Origin: Anaerolineae bacterium
GTDB taxonomy: Bacteria > Chloroflexota > Anaerolineae > B4-G1
Assembly: GCA_034432855.1 (NCBI GenBank)
Contig: DAOUBA010000147.1
Span: 1 to 61,854 of the forward strand
Length of the DNA: 61,854 bases
Reading direction: 5' to 3'
Shown: positions 18,591 to 28,640 of the stretch, piece after piece
Layout of the letters: every line of letters begins with the position of its first letter
Position numbering within the stretch: the first letter of the stretch is position 1
Position numbers and translations under genes: made by a program
Notes under the pieces: model-generated
Told to the model about the DNA's origin: nothing
Databases searched by the model: none
The model's input: only the letters and a program-made list of their open reading frames with translations

Positions 18591-18836
18591 ATGGGTAAGA
18601 AAGAGGAAAAGATAGACGTCGAAGGTACGGTCGTCGAGGCGCTGCCGGGCACCCAGTTCCGCGTGCGGTTGGATAGCGGCCACGAGGTCCTGGCTTACCT
18701 CTCCGGCAAAATGCGCAAGTACTACATCCGCATCCTGCTCGGCGACCGGGTGCGGGTGGAACTTTCCCCTTACGATCTCTCTCGTGGGCGCATCGTCTAC
18801 CGGCACAAGCGGCCTAGTGAAGTTGAGGAGGAATGA
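18591..18836 (+). CDS. infA: translation initiation factor IF-1
   Basis: [71 protein letters not shown]. Confidence 0.95.
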   Translation: MGKKEEKIDVEGTVVEALPGTQFRVRLDSGHEVLAYLSGKMRKYYIRILLGDRVRVELSPYDLSRGRIVYRHKRPSEVEEE

Positions 18837-18871
18837 TTCCAGAGCCCGTCTTTCCCCAGAAGACGGGCTCT

Positions 18872-19747
18872 TTACTGTGCCAGCCGGGCCAACAGACAGA
18901 CCCAATCTTCGATGCGCCGCTGCTCTGCCAGAGTTAGCCCTTCCCGCTCCAATGTCTCGATGACCTCTTTCTCCTGGCCGTCGAGGATGCCGGTGGCAAT
19001 CAGAGTGCCCCCAGGACGTACCCGCTTCGCCAGTCCTTCCCGTGCCATCTCCACGATAACCGCGGCCAGGATGTTGGCTGCCACCAGGTCGTAACTCCCT
19101 TCTGCTTCGGCGAGGGAACCGTGAATCACGCACACGGTCTCCTGAACGCCGTTGGCAACCACATTCTCTTGCGCCGTCTTGACCGCGATGGGGTCGTTAT
19201 CCACTGCCAGCACACGTCCGGCGCCCAGCCTGGCCGCCGCGATCGCCAGGATTCCGGAGCCGCTGCCCAGGTCAAGCACGTGCGTCCCCGGCTTCGCCAA
19301 CTCCTCCAGTACCATCAGGCACATCTGCGTCGTGGGGTGCAAGCCGGTGCCGAACGCCATGCCGGGGTCCAGCTGGATGACGATGTCGCCGGGCGCAGGG
19401 GCATATTCCAACCACGAGGGCCGGATAACGAGGTGTTGACCGATGTGCATCACGGTCAGTCGTTCCTTCCACGTCTCCGCCCAATCCTCCTCGGCGAGGG
19501 TGCGGAAGGCAGGGGCAGGGATAGGCCGGATCTGTCCCATGTGCCAGAGTGCTTCCTCGACTTGACGTTTCTTGGTCGGGAGATCGTCATCGGCCGGCAG
19601 GTAGGCACGCACGATAACCGGGCCCGCGTTCCATCCGTCAGGCCCGGCTTCGATGGCGATCCCGCGCGGGGCGTAGTACGAGAGCACTCCGGCTATTGCC
19701 TCGGCGATTTCACCTTCTACAGTGAGGCTGATTTCGAGCCACTCCAT
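18872..19747 (-). CDS. prmA: ribosomal protein L11 methyltransferase
   Basis: GMAFGTGLHPTTQMCL, VLDLGSGSGILAIAAARLGA, AVDNDPIAV. Confidence 0.9.
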   Translation of the reverse strand: MEWLEISLTVEGEIAEAIAGVLSYYAPRGIAIEAGPDGWNAGPVIVRAYLPADDDLPTKKRQVEEALWHMGQIRPIPAPAFRTLAEEDWAETWKERLTVMHIGQHLVIRPSWLEYAPAPGDIVIQLDPGMAFGTGLHPTTQMCLMVLEELAKPGTHVLDLGSGSGILAIAAARLGAGRVLAVDNDPIAVKTAQENVVANGVQETVCVIHGSLAEAEGSYDLVAANILAAVIVEMAREGLAKRVRPGGTLIATGILDGQEKEVIETLEREGLTLAEQRRIEDWVCLLARLAQ

Positions 19748-19752
19748 AGCCC

Positions 19753-20874
19753 CTACAGGCCGAACAACTCTCTCAATTCGTCCGCAAAACTGCGCTTCTC
19801 CTGCCAGACCGTCTCCGGCTCCAGCGTCTGGCCCAGTTCCTGGAGCAAGCGCTTCTGTTCGCGTGAGAGTTTGGTCGGAACGGCGACGCGTACCACCACC
19901 AGTTGGTCGCCGCGGCCGTTTCGCTGCAGGTGGGGCACTCCCTTGCCCTTGAGCCGCAATACGGTATCGCTTTGCGTCCCCGGAGGAATGGAGATGGTCT
20001 CTTCCCCCTCCAGAGTGGGCACCGTCACATCGGCTCCCAATGCTGCCTGAGCAACGTTGATCTGCAAGGCCACGAGGACATCGTCGCCGCGCCGCTCGAA
20101 GATGGGGTGTGGTTCGACGTCAAGGACGACGTACAGGTTGCCCGGCGAGCCACCCCGCTCGCCCATCTCCCCCTCGCCGCTCAAACGGATCTGCGTGCCG
20201 TGATCCACGCCGGGAGGGATGGTGACGGAAAGGCGACGGGTGGTATAGACCCGCCCCTCACCGCGACACTTTTTGCAGGGGATGGGGATCGTCTGCCCCT
20301 CGCCCCGGCAGGTGGGACAAGAGGTGACGCTGACGAAGGAGCCCAGGATCGAGCGTTGCACCCGCCGCACCTGGCCGGTGCCGTTGCACTCCGAGCAGCG
20401 TACCGGCGTGGTGCCCGGCTCGGCGCGGCTGCCCTTGCACTCCGGGCAGACCTCGTAGCGTGTGACCTCGATCTCTTTCTCGCAGCCAAAGACCGCTTCC
20501 TCGAAGGTCAGGCGCAGGTCGTAACGCAGGTCTGCCCCGCGCCTGGGGCCACGACGCGTCGAGGTGCGGAAGCCGAAACTCTGCCCAAAGACCTCCTCGA
20601 AGATCTCGAACGGGTCGCGGAAGCCAAAGTCGAAGCCAAAGCCCCCTACGCCTGGCCCGATGTGCCCGAAGCGATCGTATGTGGCTCGCTTGTCCGGATC
20701 GGAGAGTACTTCGTAAGCCTCGTTGATCTCCTTGAAGCGGGCTTCGGCGTCTGGCAGGTCGCTGACGTCAGGATGATACTGGCGCGCCAGTTTGCGGTAG
20801 GCCTTCTTGATCTCTTCCGGCGCTGCCGACCGGCTGACGCCTAGTACGTCATAGTAATCGCGTTTCGATGACAT
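19753..20874 (-). CDS. dnaJ: chaperone DnaJ
   Basis: J-domain (DYYDVLGV...HPD), G/F region and four CxxCxGxG zinc motifs. Confidence 0.95.
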   Translation of the reverse strand: MSSKRDYYDVLGVSRSAAPEEIKKAYRKLARQYHPDVSDLPDAEARFKEINEAYEVLSDPDKRATYDRFGHIGPGVGGFGFDFGFRDPFEIFEEVFGQSFGFRTSTRRGPRRGADLRYDLRLTFEEAVFGCEKEIEVTRYEVCPECKGSRAEPGTTPVRCSECNGTGQVRRVQRSILGSFVSVTSCPTCRGEGQTIPIPCKKCRGEGRVYTTRRLSVTIPPGVDHGTQIRLSGEGEMGERGGSPGNLYVVLDVEPHPIFERRGDDVLVALQINVAQAALGADVTVPTLEGEETISIPPGTQSDTVLRLKGKGVPHLQRNGRGDQLVVVRVAVPTKLSREQKRLLQELGQTLEPETVWQEKRSFADELRELFGL

Positions 20875-20876
20875 AG

Positions 20877-20958
20877 CAGGAAGAAAGATGCAAGAGACAA
20901 GATGCAGGAAGCAAGATGCACGACACCAACGATTTTTGCATCTTGCCTCTTGCTTCCT
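20877..20958. repeat. GCAAGAT/GCAGGAA phased repeat forming a hairpin in the dnaK-dnaJ spacer
   Basis: gcaggaagaaagatgcaagagacaagatgcaggaagcaagatgca. Perfect 10-bp stem: gcaagatgca (20911-20920) with tgcatcttgc (20937-20946). Confidence 0.65.
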
Positions 20959-22848
20959 TTACGCTTCGTGGAACTCGCCTTCGACGACCTCTTCACCACC
21001 TGTGGGAGGCTCCTCCCCTGGAGGAGGCGGGGTGCCGGGGCCGGCCCCCTGGTACATCGCGGCCCCTACCTGCTGCAAGACCTGGCTCAACTCGTCCGTG
21101 CGGCGACGGATGGCGGCAACATCGCTCCCCTCCATCGCCCTCCTGAGCGCCTCGATCTTGGCACTCACTTCAGAGCGGAGGTGGCCCGGCACTTTATCTC
21201 CCTGCTCACGCAAAAGTTTCTCGGCGGCATAGACCGCGTTATCGGCGATGTTACGCGCCTCTACCTCCTCCTTCTTCTTCTGGTCTTGCTCGCGGAACTG
21301 CTCGGCTTCGCGCACCATGCGCTCGACCTCGTCTTCGGCGAGGCCGCTGGAGGGAATGATCTGCATGGATTGCTCGCGCCCGGTGGCTTTGTCCTTGGCC
21401 GAGACGTTGAGGATGCCGTTGGCGTCAATGTCGAAGGTGACCTCGATCTGCGGGACACCGCGCGGCGCGGGCGGGATGCCGTCGAGAATAAAACGCCCCA
21501 GACTCTTGTTGTCATAGGCCATGGGGCGCTCGCCCTGCACGACGTGGATCTCTACCTCCGTCTGGCCGTCGGTGGCGGTGGAAAAGATCTGGCTCTTGCG
21601 CGTCGGGATGGTGGTGTTGCGCTCGATGAGCGGGGTCGCCACATGGCCCAGCGTCTCGATGCTCAGCGTGAGCGGGGTCACGTCCAGGAGCAGGATGTCC
21701 TTGACCTCGCCTCCGAGGACGGCGGCCTGGATCGCTGCGCCCAGCCCCACGACTTCGTCGGGGTTGACGCCCTTGTGAGGCTCCTTACCGAAGAACTCGG
21801 CCACCTTCTTCTGAACGGCGGGCATCCGCGTCATGCCGCCCACCAGGATAACCTCATCAATCTCGGAGGGTTTGAGTTTGGCATCGGCCAGCGCCTGCCT
21901 GCAGGGCCCGATGGTGCGCTCGATCAGGTCCTCGGTCAGTTGCTCCAGTTTGGCGCGGGTGAGTCTCATCTGCAGGTGCTTGGGGCCAGAAGCGTCGGCA
22001 GTGATGAAAGGTAGGTTGATCTCGGTCTCCATCACGGTGGAGAGTTCGATCTTGGCCTTCTCGCAGGCCTCGCGCAGCCGCTGGAGCGCCTGACGGTCGT
22101 CGCGCAGGTCAATGCCCTGGTCCTTCTTGAACTCGTCGGCCACGTAGTCAATGATCCGGCGGTCCCAGTCATCGCCGCCCAGGAAAGTGTCGCCGTTGGT
22201 GGCGCGCACCTCAAAGACGCCCTCGCCGACGTCGAGGATGGAGATGTCGAACGTGCCGCCGCCCAGGTCGAAGACGGCGATGGTCTCATCCTTCTTTCTG
22301 TCGAGGCCGTAGGCCAGGCTGGAGGCCGTCGGCTCGTTGATGATGCGCAACACTTCGAGACCGGCGATGCGACCGGCGTCTTTGGTTGCCTGGCGCTGGC
22401 TGTCGTTGAAGTAGGCGGGGACGGTGATGACTGCCTGGGTGATCGGCTCGCCCAGGTAGGCCTCGGTGTCGGTCTTGATCTTTTGCAGGATCATGGCCGA
22501 GATCTCTGGCGGGCTGTATTCCTTGCCGCCCATCCAGACGCGCACATCACCGTTAGGCGCTGCGGTGACCTTGTAGGGGACGAGTTTGATCGCCCGCTGC
22601 ACCTCAGGATCGTCGAACTTGCGGCCCATGAAACGCTTGATCGAAAAGATGGTGTTCTCGGGGTTGACGACGGCCTGACGTTTGGCGACCTGCCCGACCA
22701 TGCGTTCTCCTGTGCTGGGGTTGATTGCCACGACCGAAGGCACCAATCGCCCGCCTTCGGCGCTGGGGATGACGGTGGGCTCGCCGCCCAACATGATCCC
22801 ACAGACAGAGTTCGTCGTACCCAAATCAATGCCGATGATTTTGCCCAT
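20959..22848 (-). CDS. dnaK: chaperone DnaK (Hsp70)
   Basis: [28 protein letters not shown] signatures. Confidence 0.97.
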   Translation of the reverse strand: MGKIIGIDLGTTNSVCGIMLGGEPTVIPSAEGGRLVPSVVAINPSTGERMVGQVAKRQAVVNPENTIFSIKRFMGRKFDDPEVQRAIKLVPYKVTAAPNGDVRVWMGGKEYSPPEISAMILQKIKTDTEAYLGEPITQAVITVPAYFNDSQRQATKDAGRIAGLEVLRIINEPTASSLAYGLDRKKDETIAVFDLGGGTFDISILDVGEGVFEVRATNGDTFLGGDDWDRRIIDYVADEFKKDQGIDLRDDRQALQRLREACEKAKIELSTVMETEINLPFITADASGPKHLQMRLTRAKLEQLTEDLIERTIGPCRQALADAKLKPSEIDEVILVGGMTRMPAVQKKVAEFFGKEPHKGVNPDEVVGLGAAIQAAVLGGEVKDILLLDVTPLTLSIETLGHVATPLIERNTTIPTRKSQIFSTATDGQTEVEIHVVQGERPMAYDNKSLGRFILDGIPPAPRGVPQIEVTFDIDANGILNVSAKDKATGREQSMQIIPSSGLAEDEVERMVREAEQFREQDQKKKEEVEARNIADNAVYAAEKLLREQGDKVPGHLRSEVSAKIEALRRAMEGSDVAAIRRRTDELSQVLQQVGAAMYQGAGPGTPPPPGEEPPTGGEEVVEGEFHEA

Positions 22849-22851
22849 TGT

Positions 22852-23451
22852 TTACTCCTTTGCGATACCTACCTCCGGGGCCTTGGCCACGCGCACCATC
22901 GCGGGGCGCAGCACCCGCTCGCCCATCATATACCCCCGCTGCACTTCGCTGATGATTTGGCCGTCCTCGTAGCCGGTGACTTCTTCGTACGTGACCGCTT
23001 CGTGATACAGCGGATCGAACGTTTTGCCGGCGGTCTCGATGGGCTTGACCCCCTCGGATTCCAGGACTGCATCCAGTTTATGCTTGATCAGCAGGATGCC
23101 CTCGCACCAACTGAGCCGGCTCAGGTTATCCGGCAGGGTGGCGATGGCCCGCTCAAAGTCGTCCATTACCGGCAGCAGTTTGCGCAGCAGGCCCATGCTG
23201 GCGAATTGCACCATCTGCGTGCGTTCGGCCTCTTGTCGCTTCCTGTAATTCGAGAACTCGGCCTGCGCCCGCTGCCAGCCATCGAGATACTCGGCGGCTT
23301 GGGCTTTCGCCTGCTCCAACTCCTTCTGTAGACGTTCCAATTCCTCTTTTTCCGCTTCTGCCTTTGCTTCTTCTGCCTTCGCTTGCTCTACTTGCTCCTC
23401 TTGTCGTTCTTCGATGCTCTCCGTAGTTGCGGTTTTCTTCTTCGGTGACAC
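22852..23451 (-). CDS. grpE: nucleotide exchange factor GrpE
   Basis: Charged coiled-coil N-terminus and GrpE core (DNFRKR-like NYRKRQEAE, FDPLYHEAV). GTG start after GAGGAGG. Confidence 0.9.
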   Translation of the reverse strand: MSPKKKTATTESIEERQEEQVEQAKAEEAKAEAEKEELERLQKELEQAKAQAAEYLDGWQRAQAEFSNYRKRQEAERTQMVQFASMGLLRKLLPVMDDFERAIATLPDNLSRLSWCEGILLIKHKLDAVLESEGVKPIETAGKTFDPLYHEAVTYEEVTGYEDGQIISEVQRGYMMGERVLRPAMVRVAKAPEVGIAKE

Positions 23452-23478
23452 CTCAACCTCCTCATCAAGCCACGTTGA

Positions 23479-24513
23479 TTATTCGGCGTACATTTCATAC
23501 ACCAGGTCCGAGAGCAACCCGGCGACGAAGCGCACGGTAGAGATGGCGCGGCCATAGAGCATGCGGGTGGGGCCCACCACGCCCAGCGCCCCGGTGACAT
23601 AGTCAGGGACGCCATAGCGCGCCAGCACCAGACTGCAGGCACGCAGTTCGTCCCAACGCCCTTCACCGCCGATGAGCACGCGCACGCTACCAATCTCTGG
23701 ACTGAGGGCATCGGCCAGCACCGCTTCGAGGAAACTGTGCTCTTCCATCACTCGCACCAGCCCCTGCGCCTTGTCTCCCTCGGCGAACTCGGGCTCTTGC
23801 AGTACTTCGCTCAATCCATCGCGGTAGACAGCCTCGGCCTGGCGCTCGTCGGCGCGGTTCATGATTTCGACCACGATGTGGGCAATATCGGCCTCGAACG
23901 ACGGCAGGCCGCCAATACGCGCCTCGATCTCGGCGGCGCTCAGCCCGGCGCATACCTGGTTGAGCCGGTCACTGGCCTCGCTCAATGCCGCCTGGTCGAG
24001 CGGCTGGGCCAGGGTCAGCACCTGCTGCTTGACCATGCCTCCAACCAGGACGAGGATCAGCAAGACCGTCCGGCCCTGGGTCGAGATGAGTTGCAGATGC
24101 TTGTAGTGCGATTGGTACGCCTGAGGGGCGGTGACCAGAGCGGCGCTGCGAGCCGTGCGCGCCAGGACGGAGGCCGCCAGCGGCATCCATTGTTCCATGT
24201 CCTGGCGTGCCTGATGGAACTGATGTGCAATAGTCAGGCGTTCCTGCACGGGCAGTTCCACTTCACCCAACAGCCGCTCGACGAAGTGGCGATAGCCTTT
24301 GTGGGTGGGCACACGCCCGGCCGAGGTATGCGGGTGGGTCAAGTAGCCCAATTCCTCCAGGCGAGCCAGTTCATTACGCACAGTGGCCGGACTCACCTGG
24401 AGGCCGTAGTGCTCGACCAGCGCGCGGGAGCCTACGGGAGCAGCGGACTTGACGTACTCCCGCATCACCAGGCTCAGGATCATCTGCTGGCGTGGCGTCA
24501 GTTCTTCTTCCAT
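23479..24513 (-). CDS. hrcA: heat-inducible transcription repressor HrcA
   Basis: LTPRQQMILSLVMREYVKSAAPVGSRAL, RNELARLEELGYLTHPHTSAGRVPT. Confidence 0.92.
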   Translation of the reverse strand: MEEELTPRQQMILSLVMREYVKSAAPVGSRALVEHYGLQVSPATVRNELARLEELGYLTHPHTSAGRVPTHKGYRHFVERLLGEVELPVQERLTIAHQFHQARQDMEQWMPLAASVLARTARSAALVTAPQAYQSHYKHLQLISTQGRTVLLILVLVGGMVKQQVLTLAQPLDQAALSEASDRLNQVCAGLSAAEIEARIGGLPSFEADIAHIVVEIMNRADERQAEAVYRDGLSEVLQEPEFAEGDKAQGLVRVMEEHSFLEAVLADALSPEIGSVRVLIGGEGRWDELRACSLVLARYGVPDYVTGALGVVGPTRMLYGRAISTVRFVAGLLSDLVYEMYAE

Positions 24514-24525
24514 CCCACCTGCCTC

Positions 24526-24552
24526 TTAGCACTCTCGCTTATCGAGTGCTAA
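24526..24552 (-). promoter_or_regulatory. CIRCE operator (HrcA binding site)
   Basis: TTAGCACTC-tcgcttatc-GAGTGCTAA: a perfect 9-N9-9 inverted repeat, 13 nt upstream of the hrcA start. Confidence 0.9.
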
Positions 24553-24565
24553 ATCACGGTCTAAA

Positions 24566-24594
24566 ATCATACCACAGGGCAAACGATCTGTCAA
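24566..24594 (-). promoter_or_regulatory. sigma70-type promoter of the hrcA-grpE-dnaK-dnaJ operon
   Basis: On the minus strand TTGACA-17 nt-TATGAT, immediately upstream of CIRCE. Confidence 0.55.
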
Positions 24595-24789
24595 ACAAGC
24601 CGCTGCTTGATCCAATTGCCGGGCCCAGTAGATGAAGAAAGCCGGCGATTACCCACATATTTTGCCCATTAACAATTTACCCCTTCACTCTCCACCCGCG
24701 GGATGGTTCTCCGAGAGACAAGAGCCAGGGCATACCCTATCCACGCTTGTCAAACATCGGCGTTTGGGGTATGCTTCGAGGGTGAAACG

Positions 24790-25293
24790 ATGTCGCCGAT
24801 TCCTGTGATCGCCTTTGTGGGCCGCTCGAAAAGCGGCAAGACCACGCTGCTGGAGAAATTGATCCGCGAACTTGCACGGCGCGGGTATCATGTCGCTGCC
24901 GTCAAGCACACCGCTCACCCCATTGAACCCGACGCGCCGGGGAAGGACACCTACCGCTTCGTACAGGCCGGCGCCGTTGAGGCCATCCTGGCTGCGCCGG
25001 AGATGACGCTGGAAGAAGCACTGGCCGGCGTGCGGGACGTTGACCTCGTGTTGGTCGAGGGCTACAAGCGGGCGGACGTGCCCAAGATCGAGGTGAGCAG
25101 GGGGCAGGAAGCAGGAAGCAAGATGCAAGATGCGGGAGGTTTGGTGTGCGCAGAAGATGAAAGATTGTTAGCCATAGTCTCTGACCGGCGGTTCGACGTG
25201 GATGTGCCGCAGTTTGATGTGCACGATGTGGTGCGGCTGGCCGATTGGATTGAGGAGCGGTTTTTGGGGCGAATCAGCAAGTTGGCGAAGTAG
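24790..25293 (+). CDS. mobB: molybdopterin-guanine dinucleotide biosynthesis adapter MobB
   Basis: VIAFVGRSKSGKTTLLEKLI P-loop, VAAVKHTAH, DLVLVEGYK. ATG at 24790. Confidence 0.85.
   Translation: MSPIPVIAFVGRSKSGKTTLLEKLIRELARRGYHVAAVKHTAHPIEPDAPGKDTYRFVQAGAVEAILAAPEMTLEEALAGVRDVDLVLVEGYKRADVPKIEVSRGQEAGSKMQDAGGLVCAEDERLLAIVSDRRFDVDVPQFDVHDVVRLADWIEERFLGRISKLAK
25104..25133. repeat. GCAGGAA/GCAAGAT phased repeat inside the mobB CDS
   Basis: gcaggaagcaggaagcaagatgcaagatgc. The 17-mer 25111-25127 is identical to 20904-20920. It encodes QEAGSKMQDA. Confidence 0.65.
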
Positions 25294-25328
25294 CGGGGCG
25301 GCAGGTCGGCAAATCAGAGGCGGATGGG

Positions 25329-26858
25329 ATGTGCATCAATCGCAAGGAATGGCGCTGGGTACTTTGGCTAACGCTGGCACTGGTGATCGCCAGTTGTGTG
25401 CCCTATCTCATCGCCTGGGCTGTGACGCCACAGGGCGCGCATTTCACCGGCATTCTCTTCAACCCGCAGGACGGCCATTCGTATCTCGCCAAGATGCGCC
25501 AGGGGCTTGCCGGATCGTGGTTGCTCCGCCTGCCCCATACGCCGGAGCCGCAGCGGGGCGCGCCGGTGTATCTCTTTTATCTGCTGCTGGGGCACATCGC
25601 GCGCTGGACGGGCTCATCGCTTATCCCGATGTACCACGCAGCGCGGGTGCTGGGCGGCGCGCTGATGCTGGTGACGCTCTACGCGTTAGCCTCACATCTG
25701 AGCACGGATGTCGGTGAGCGCCGGGCGATGTTCCTTCTGGCAGCGGTAGGGTCAGGTATGGGGTGGCTGGCAGGATCGTTGGGCCTGATGACAGCCGACT
25801 TGTGGGTGCCGGAAGCATTCCCCATCTATGCGCTGCTGGCAAATGCACACTTTCCGCTGGCGACCGGATTGATGGCTGGTATTGCGTATTGCGTATTGCG
25901 TGTTACGTATGGCGGTAGGCGTTCTGGGCTGTGGGGATTGGGCATAACCATCCTGGCCGCGACGTTGGGCGTGGTGCAGCCATTCGGGCTGGTCTCTGTG
26001 TTCGGCGGGGTAGGGGTGATGCTGGTAGCGCAGGCTGTGCGCGAGCGGCGAATGCCGTGGCGGGGGACTTTCTGGACTGTGACGGCCATAGCGGCGGCGC
26101 TTCCATATCCACTATACATGCAATGGGCGCTGAACCGCGATCCGGTGTTGGCGGTGTGGAATGCTCAGAATGTGACCCCCTCTCCGCCGCTGTGGGATTG
26201 GACGCTGAGTTACGGGCTGGTGCTGGTGCTGGCCGTGTTGGGAAGCGTCGTCGCAGCGCGGCGCGGCGCCGGCGGCTGGTTGCTCCTGGGCTGGGGCGCC
26301 GCGACGCTGGTGGGGATGTATCTGCCGTTGCCCTTGCAGCGCCGCCTGAGCCTGGGGTTGGGTGTGCCACTGGGATTGCTGGCGGGCCTGGGGTGGTGGC
26401 GGCTGCGCGCCCGACTCCGGCCACGTAGCAGAGGCCTGGCGCATGGGCTGGTGGTAGCCTTTTGTGCGCTGACGCCGCTCTTTCTCGTGCTGATGGCGGT
26501 GCTGGCTGCGTCCGGCGGCTCGTCGTGGTTCTACCTGAGCGGCGACGAATGGGCTGCGCTCGCCTGGCTACGTGAGGAGGGCCATCCTGACGCGGTTGTG
26601 TTGTGCGAACCGCGACTGGGGCTATTCGTGCCTGCGTGGGCCGGGCAGCCGGTCGTTTACGGCCACCCATTCGAGACGGTGAACGCGGCTCAGCGCAAGG
26701 CGCAGGTGGAGGCGTTCTTTCGTGGGGAGATGACCGGCGAGGAACAGGAGCGCTTTTTGCGGGAGAACGACGTTGGGTATGTGGTGGGAGACGGTGGGGT
26801 AGGAGTTTGGGGATTGGTGTTCAGGTCAGGGAGTGTGAGGGTGTATGAGGTGAGGTAG
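25329..26858 (+). CDS. polytopic membrane protein, putative GT-C-fold glycosyltransferase (paralog A)
   Basis: 509 aa with many TM segments. Shares SYLAKMRQG, NAQN.T.SPP and YLP..LQRRL with the next gene. Confidence 0.7.
   Translation: MCINRKEWRWVLWLTLALVIASCVPYLIAWAVTPQGAHFTGILFNPQDGHSYLAKMRQGLAGSWLLRLPHTPEPQRGAPVYLFYLLLGHIARWTGSSLIPMYHAARVLGGALMLVTLYALASHLSTDVGERRAMFLLAAVGSGMGWLAGSLGLMTADLWVPEAFPIYALLANAHFPLATGLMAGIAYCVLRVTYGGRRSGLWGLGITILAATLGVVQPFGLVSVFGGVGVMLVAQAVRERRMPWRGTFWTVTAIAAALPYPLYMQWALNRDPVLAVWNAQNVTPSPPLWDWTLSYGLVLVLAVLGSVVAARRGAGGWLLLGWGAATLVGMYLPLPLQRRLSLGLGVPLGLLAGLGWWRLRARLRPRSRGLAHGLVVAFCALTPLFLVLMAVLAASGGSSWFYLSGDEWAALAWLREEGHPDAVVLCEPRLGLFVPAWAGQPVVYGHPFETVNAAQRKAQVEAFFRGEMTGEEQERFLRENDVGYVVGDGGVGVWGLVFRSGSVRVYEVR
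25881..25910. repeat. ATTGCGT heptamer repeat inside a CDS
   Basis: attgcgt attgcgt attgcgt gttacgt at. Encodes IAYCVLRVTY. Confidence 0.6.
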
Positions 26859-26935
26859 GAGGGAGCAGGAGGCAGGAGGCAAGAGGCAGGGGGTGTTGAG
26901 GGATGGGGGATAGGCAATATGCGATATGCGAAAGA
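26855..26935. repeat. GCAGGAG(G) and ATATGCG phased repeats in an intergenic spacer
   Basis: ggagggagcaggaggcaggaggcaagaggcaggggg ... gataggcaatatgcgatatgcgaaagacg. Confidence 0.55.
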
Positions 26936-26950
26936 CGCGAGTGGGGTTTT

Positions 26951-28573
26951 ATGCTCGTATGGAGTGTGTTTGCTCTCGCCATCACGTCTGTCCCTTACGT
27001 TCTGGGCGCGATTTGGGCGACAGAGAACCGCGTCTTTGGCGGGTTTGTGTTTGCGCTGGAGGATTGCTACTCCTACTTAGCCAAGATGCGCCAGGGGGCC
27101 GAGGGGGCCTGGCTGTTTCACATTGCTTACACTGCTGAACCCCATATCGGCACACTGTTCTTCCCGTTCCATTTGCTGTTGGGGAAAATTGCAGCGCTTT
27201 TGCCGGGCAGAGATCTCACGCTGCGGCTGGTGTGGGTCTATCACATCGCGCGCTGGATTTTCGGGATGGGCCTGCTGCTGACCGTGTACCGCTTCCTGGC
27301 CGAATTCACGGCACGTGTGGCGGTGCGGCGGTTGGCCTGGCTGATGGTTACATTCGGCGGGGGACTCGGCTGGCTGTTGGTCACGCTGGGACAGCCCGGA
27401 TGGTTGGGCAGCCAGCCGCTCGACTTTATCCTCCCCGAAGGATTTACCTTTCTCGTCCTCTATGCTTTCCCCCACATCGCCCTTGCGCGGACCCTGCTCC
27501 TGTGGGGGGTGCTGTTTTTGCTTCGAGCCTGGGAATGCGATGACGGAATACGCAATACGCAATACGTATTTCGTATTCCGTGTTCCGTTTTGGCGGGTGT
27601 TGTATGGTTGCTGATGGGCTTCATCGTGCCGTTCTACATCGCCGTCGCGTGGGCAGTGACCGGCGCGGCGTGGATTGTGCTAGGGATCCGTAAACGGCGG
27701 GCGATGTGGCGCGAGGCGGCACAGGCAGGGATTGTGGCGCTCATCTCTTGTCCGATCGTGCTCTACAGCGCGTGGGTATTCAGAACTCAGCCGGTGTATA
27801 CGGTTTGGGCTGCGCAGAATACAATCCGGTCGCCGCACCCGTTGCACTACCTGGCGGCCTATGGCGTACCCCTGATGCTGGCCGTCTTTGCGTTGCGCGA
27901 CGCCTGGCACGAGAAGCGGCCCGTGTGGCTGGCGATCGCGTGGGTGGGCGTTGTGCCTCTCCTAGTCTACCTGCCGTTCAACCTGCAACGGCGGCTGGTG
28001 GAGGGCATGCAGGTACCGTTGAGCCTGCTGGCAGCGATGGGTCTCTGGAAGATCGCAGGTGAAGTCGGCAAGTTGAGCCCGCTATCCCGAATCTCGAATC
28101 TCAGGTCTGTACTGGTGATGATTGTTGGCATCGCCGTGTTGTTGCTGACGAACGTCATACTGGTCGCAGGGAACTGCCTGGCGTTGCGCGGATTGCCTGC
28201 GCCGGTCTACCGTGACGCCGGTGAGATCGCGGCGCTGGACTGGCTCGGCGGGCAGGTTGGGCCGACTGACGTCGTGCTCTCGGCTTACGAGACGGGGAAC
28301 TATCTTCCTGCGCGGATACGGGCGCGTTCGTTCCTGGGCCACGGGCCGGAGACCGTTTACTTTGCGGAGAAGAAACTGCTCGTGGCCCGCTTCTTCGATG
28401 AGGCGACAGGCGAAAGGTGGCGCTACGAGTTGCTGGACTATTATGGTGTGAACTATGTTTTTTGGGGCCCGGCGGAGCGGCGTCTGGGCAACTATGACCC
28501 GCACGTGTCGTCATATTACCTGTTGCCCGTCTACGAAGCAGGAGAATACTCCATTTTCAGGGTTGTGCAATAG
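26951..28573 (+). CDS. polytopic membrane protein, putative GT-C-fold glycosyltransferase (paralog B)
   Basis: Paralog of 25329-26858. ATG 26951 is preferred because the earlier ORF start (26903) lies in repeat DNA. Confidence 0.7.
   Translation: MLVWSVFALAITSVPYVLGAIWATENRVFGGFVFALEDCYSYLAKMRQGAEGAWLFHIAYTAEPHIGTLFFPFHLLLGKIAALLPGRDLTLRLVWVYHIARWIFGMGLLLTVYRFLAEFTARVAVRRLAWLMVTFGGGLGWLLVTLGQPGWLGSQPLDFILPEGFTFLVLYAFPHIALARTLLLWGVLFLLRAWECDDGIRNTQYVFRIPCSVLAGVVWLLMGFIVPFYIAVAWAVTGAAWIVLGIRKRRAMWREAAQAGIVALISCPIVLYSAWVFRTQPVYTVWAAQNTIRSPHPLHYLAAYGVPLMLAVFALRDAWHEKRPVWLAIAWVGVVPLLVYLPFNLQRRLVEGMQVPLSLLAAMGLWKIAGEVGKLSPLSRISNLRSVLVMIVGIAVLLLTNVILVAGNCLALRGLPAPVYRDAGEIAALDWLGGQVGPTDVVLSAYETGNYLPARIRARSFLGHGPETVYFAEKKLLVARFFDEATGERWRYELLDYYGVNYVFWGPAERRLGNYDPHVSSYYLLPVYEAGEYSIFRVVQ
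27545..27587. repeat. palindromic AATACGC-unit repeat inside a CDS
   Basis: ggaatacg caatacg caatacg tatttcg tattccg tgttccg. ggaatacg (27545-27552) pairs with cgtattcc (27572-27579). Encodes GIRNTQYVFRIPCSV. Confidence 0.65.
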
Positions 28574-28582
28574 GGGATGCGG

Positions 28583-28640
28583 CATTGGTAATTAGGGATT
28601 GGGGAACGGGTAAACTGCAAACTTGCAAACTTGCAAACTG
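28583..28640. repeat. ATTGGGGA-like and CTTGCAAA phased repeats
   Basis: cattggtaattagggattggggaacggg taaactgcaaacttgcaaacttgcaaactgg. Overlaps the annotated N-terminus of the YfhO-like ORF. Confidence 0.6.

Noticed and set aside
24747-24775. TTGTCA-17-TATGCT as the mobB promoter.
   Set aside because: It would place the transcription start inside or after the apparent RBS (GAGGGTGA), only about 8 nt from the ATG. Too ambiguous to call without TSS data.
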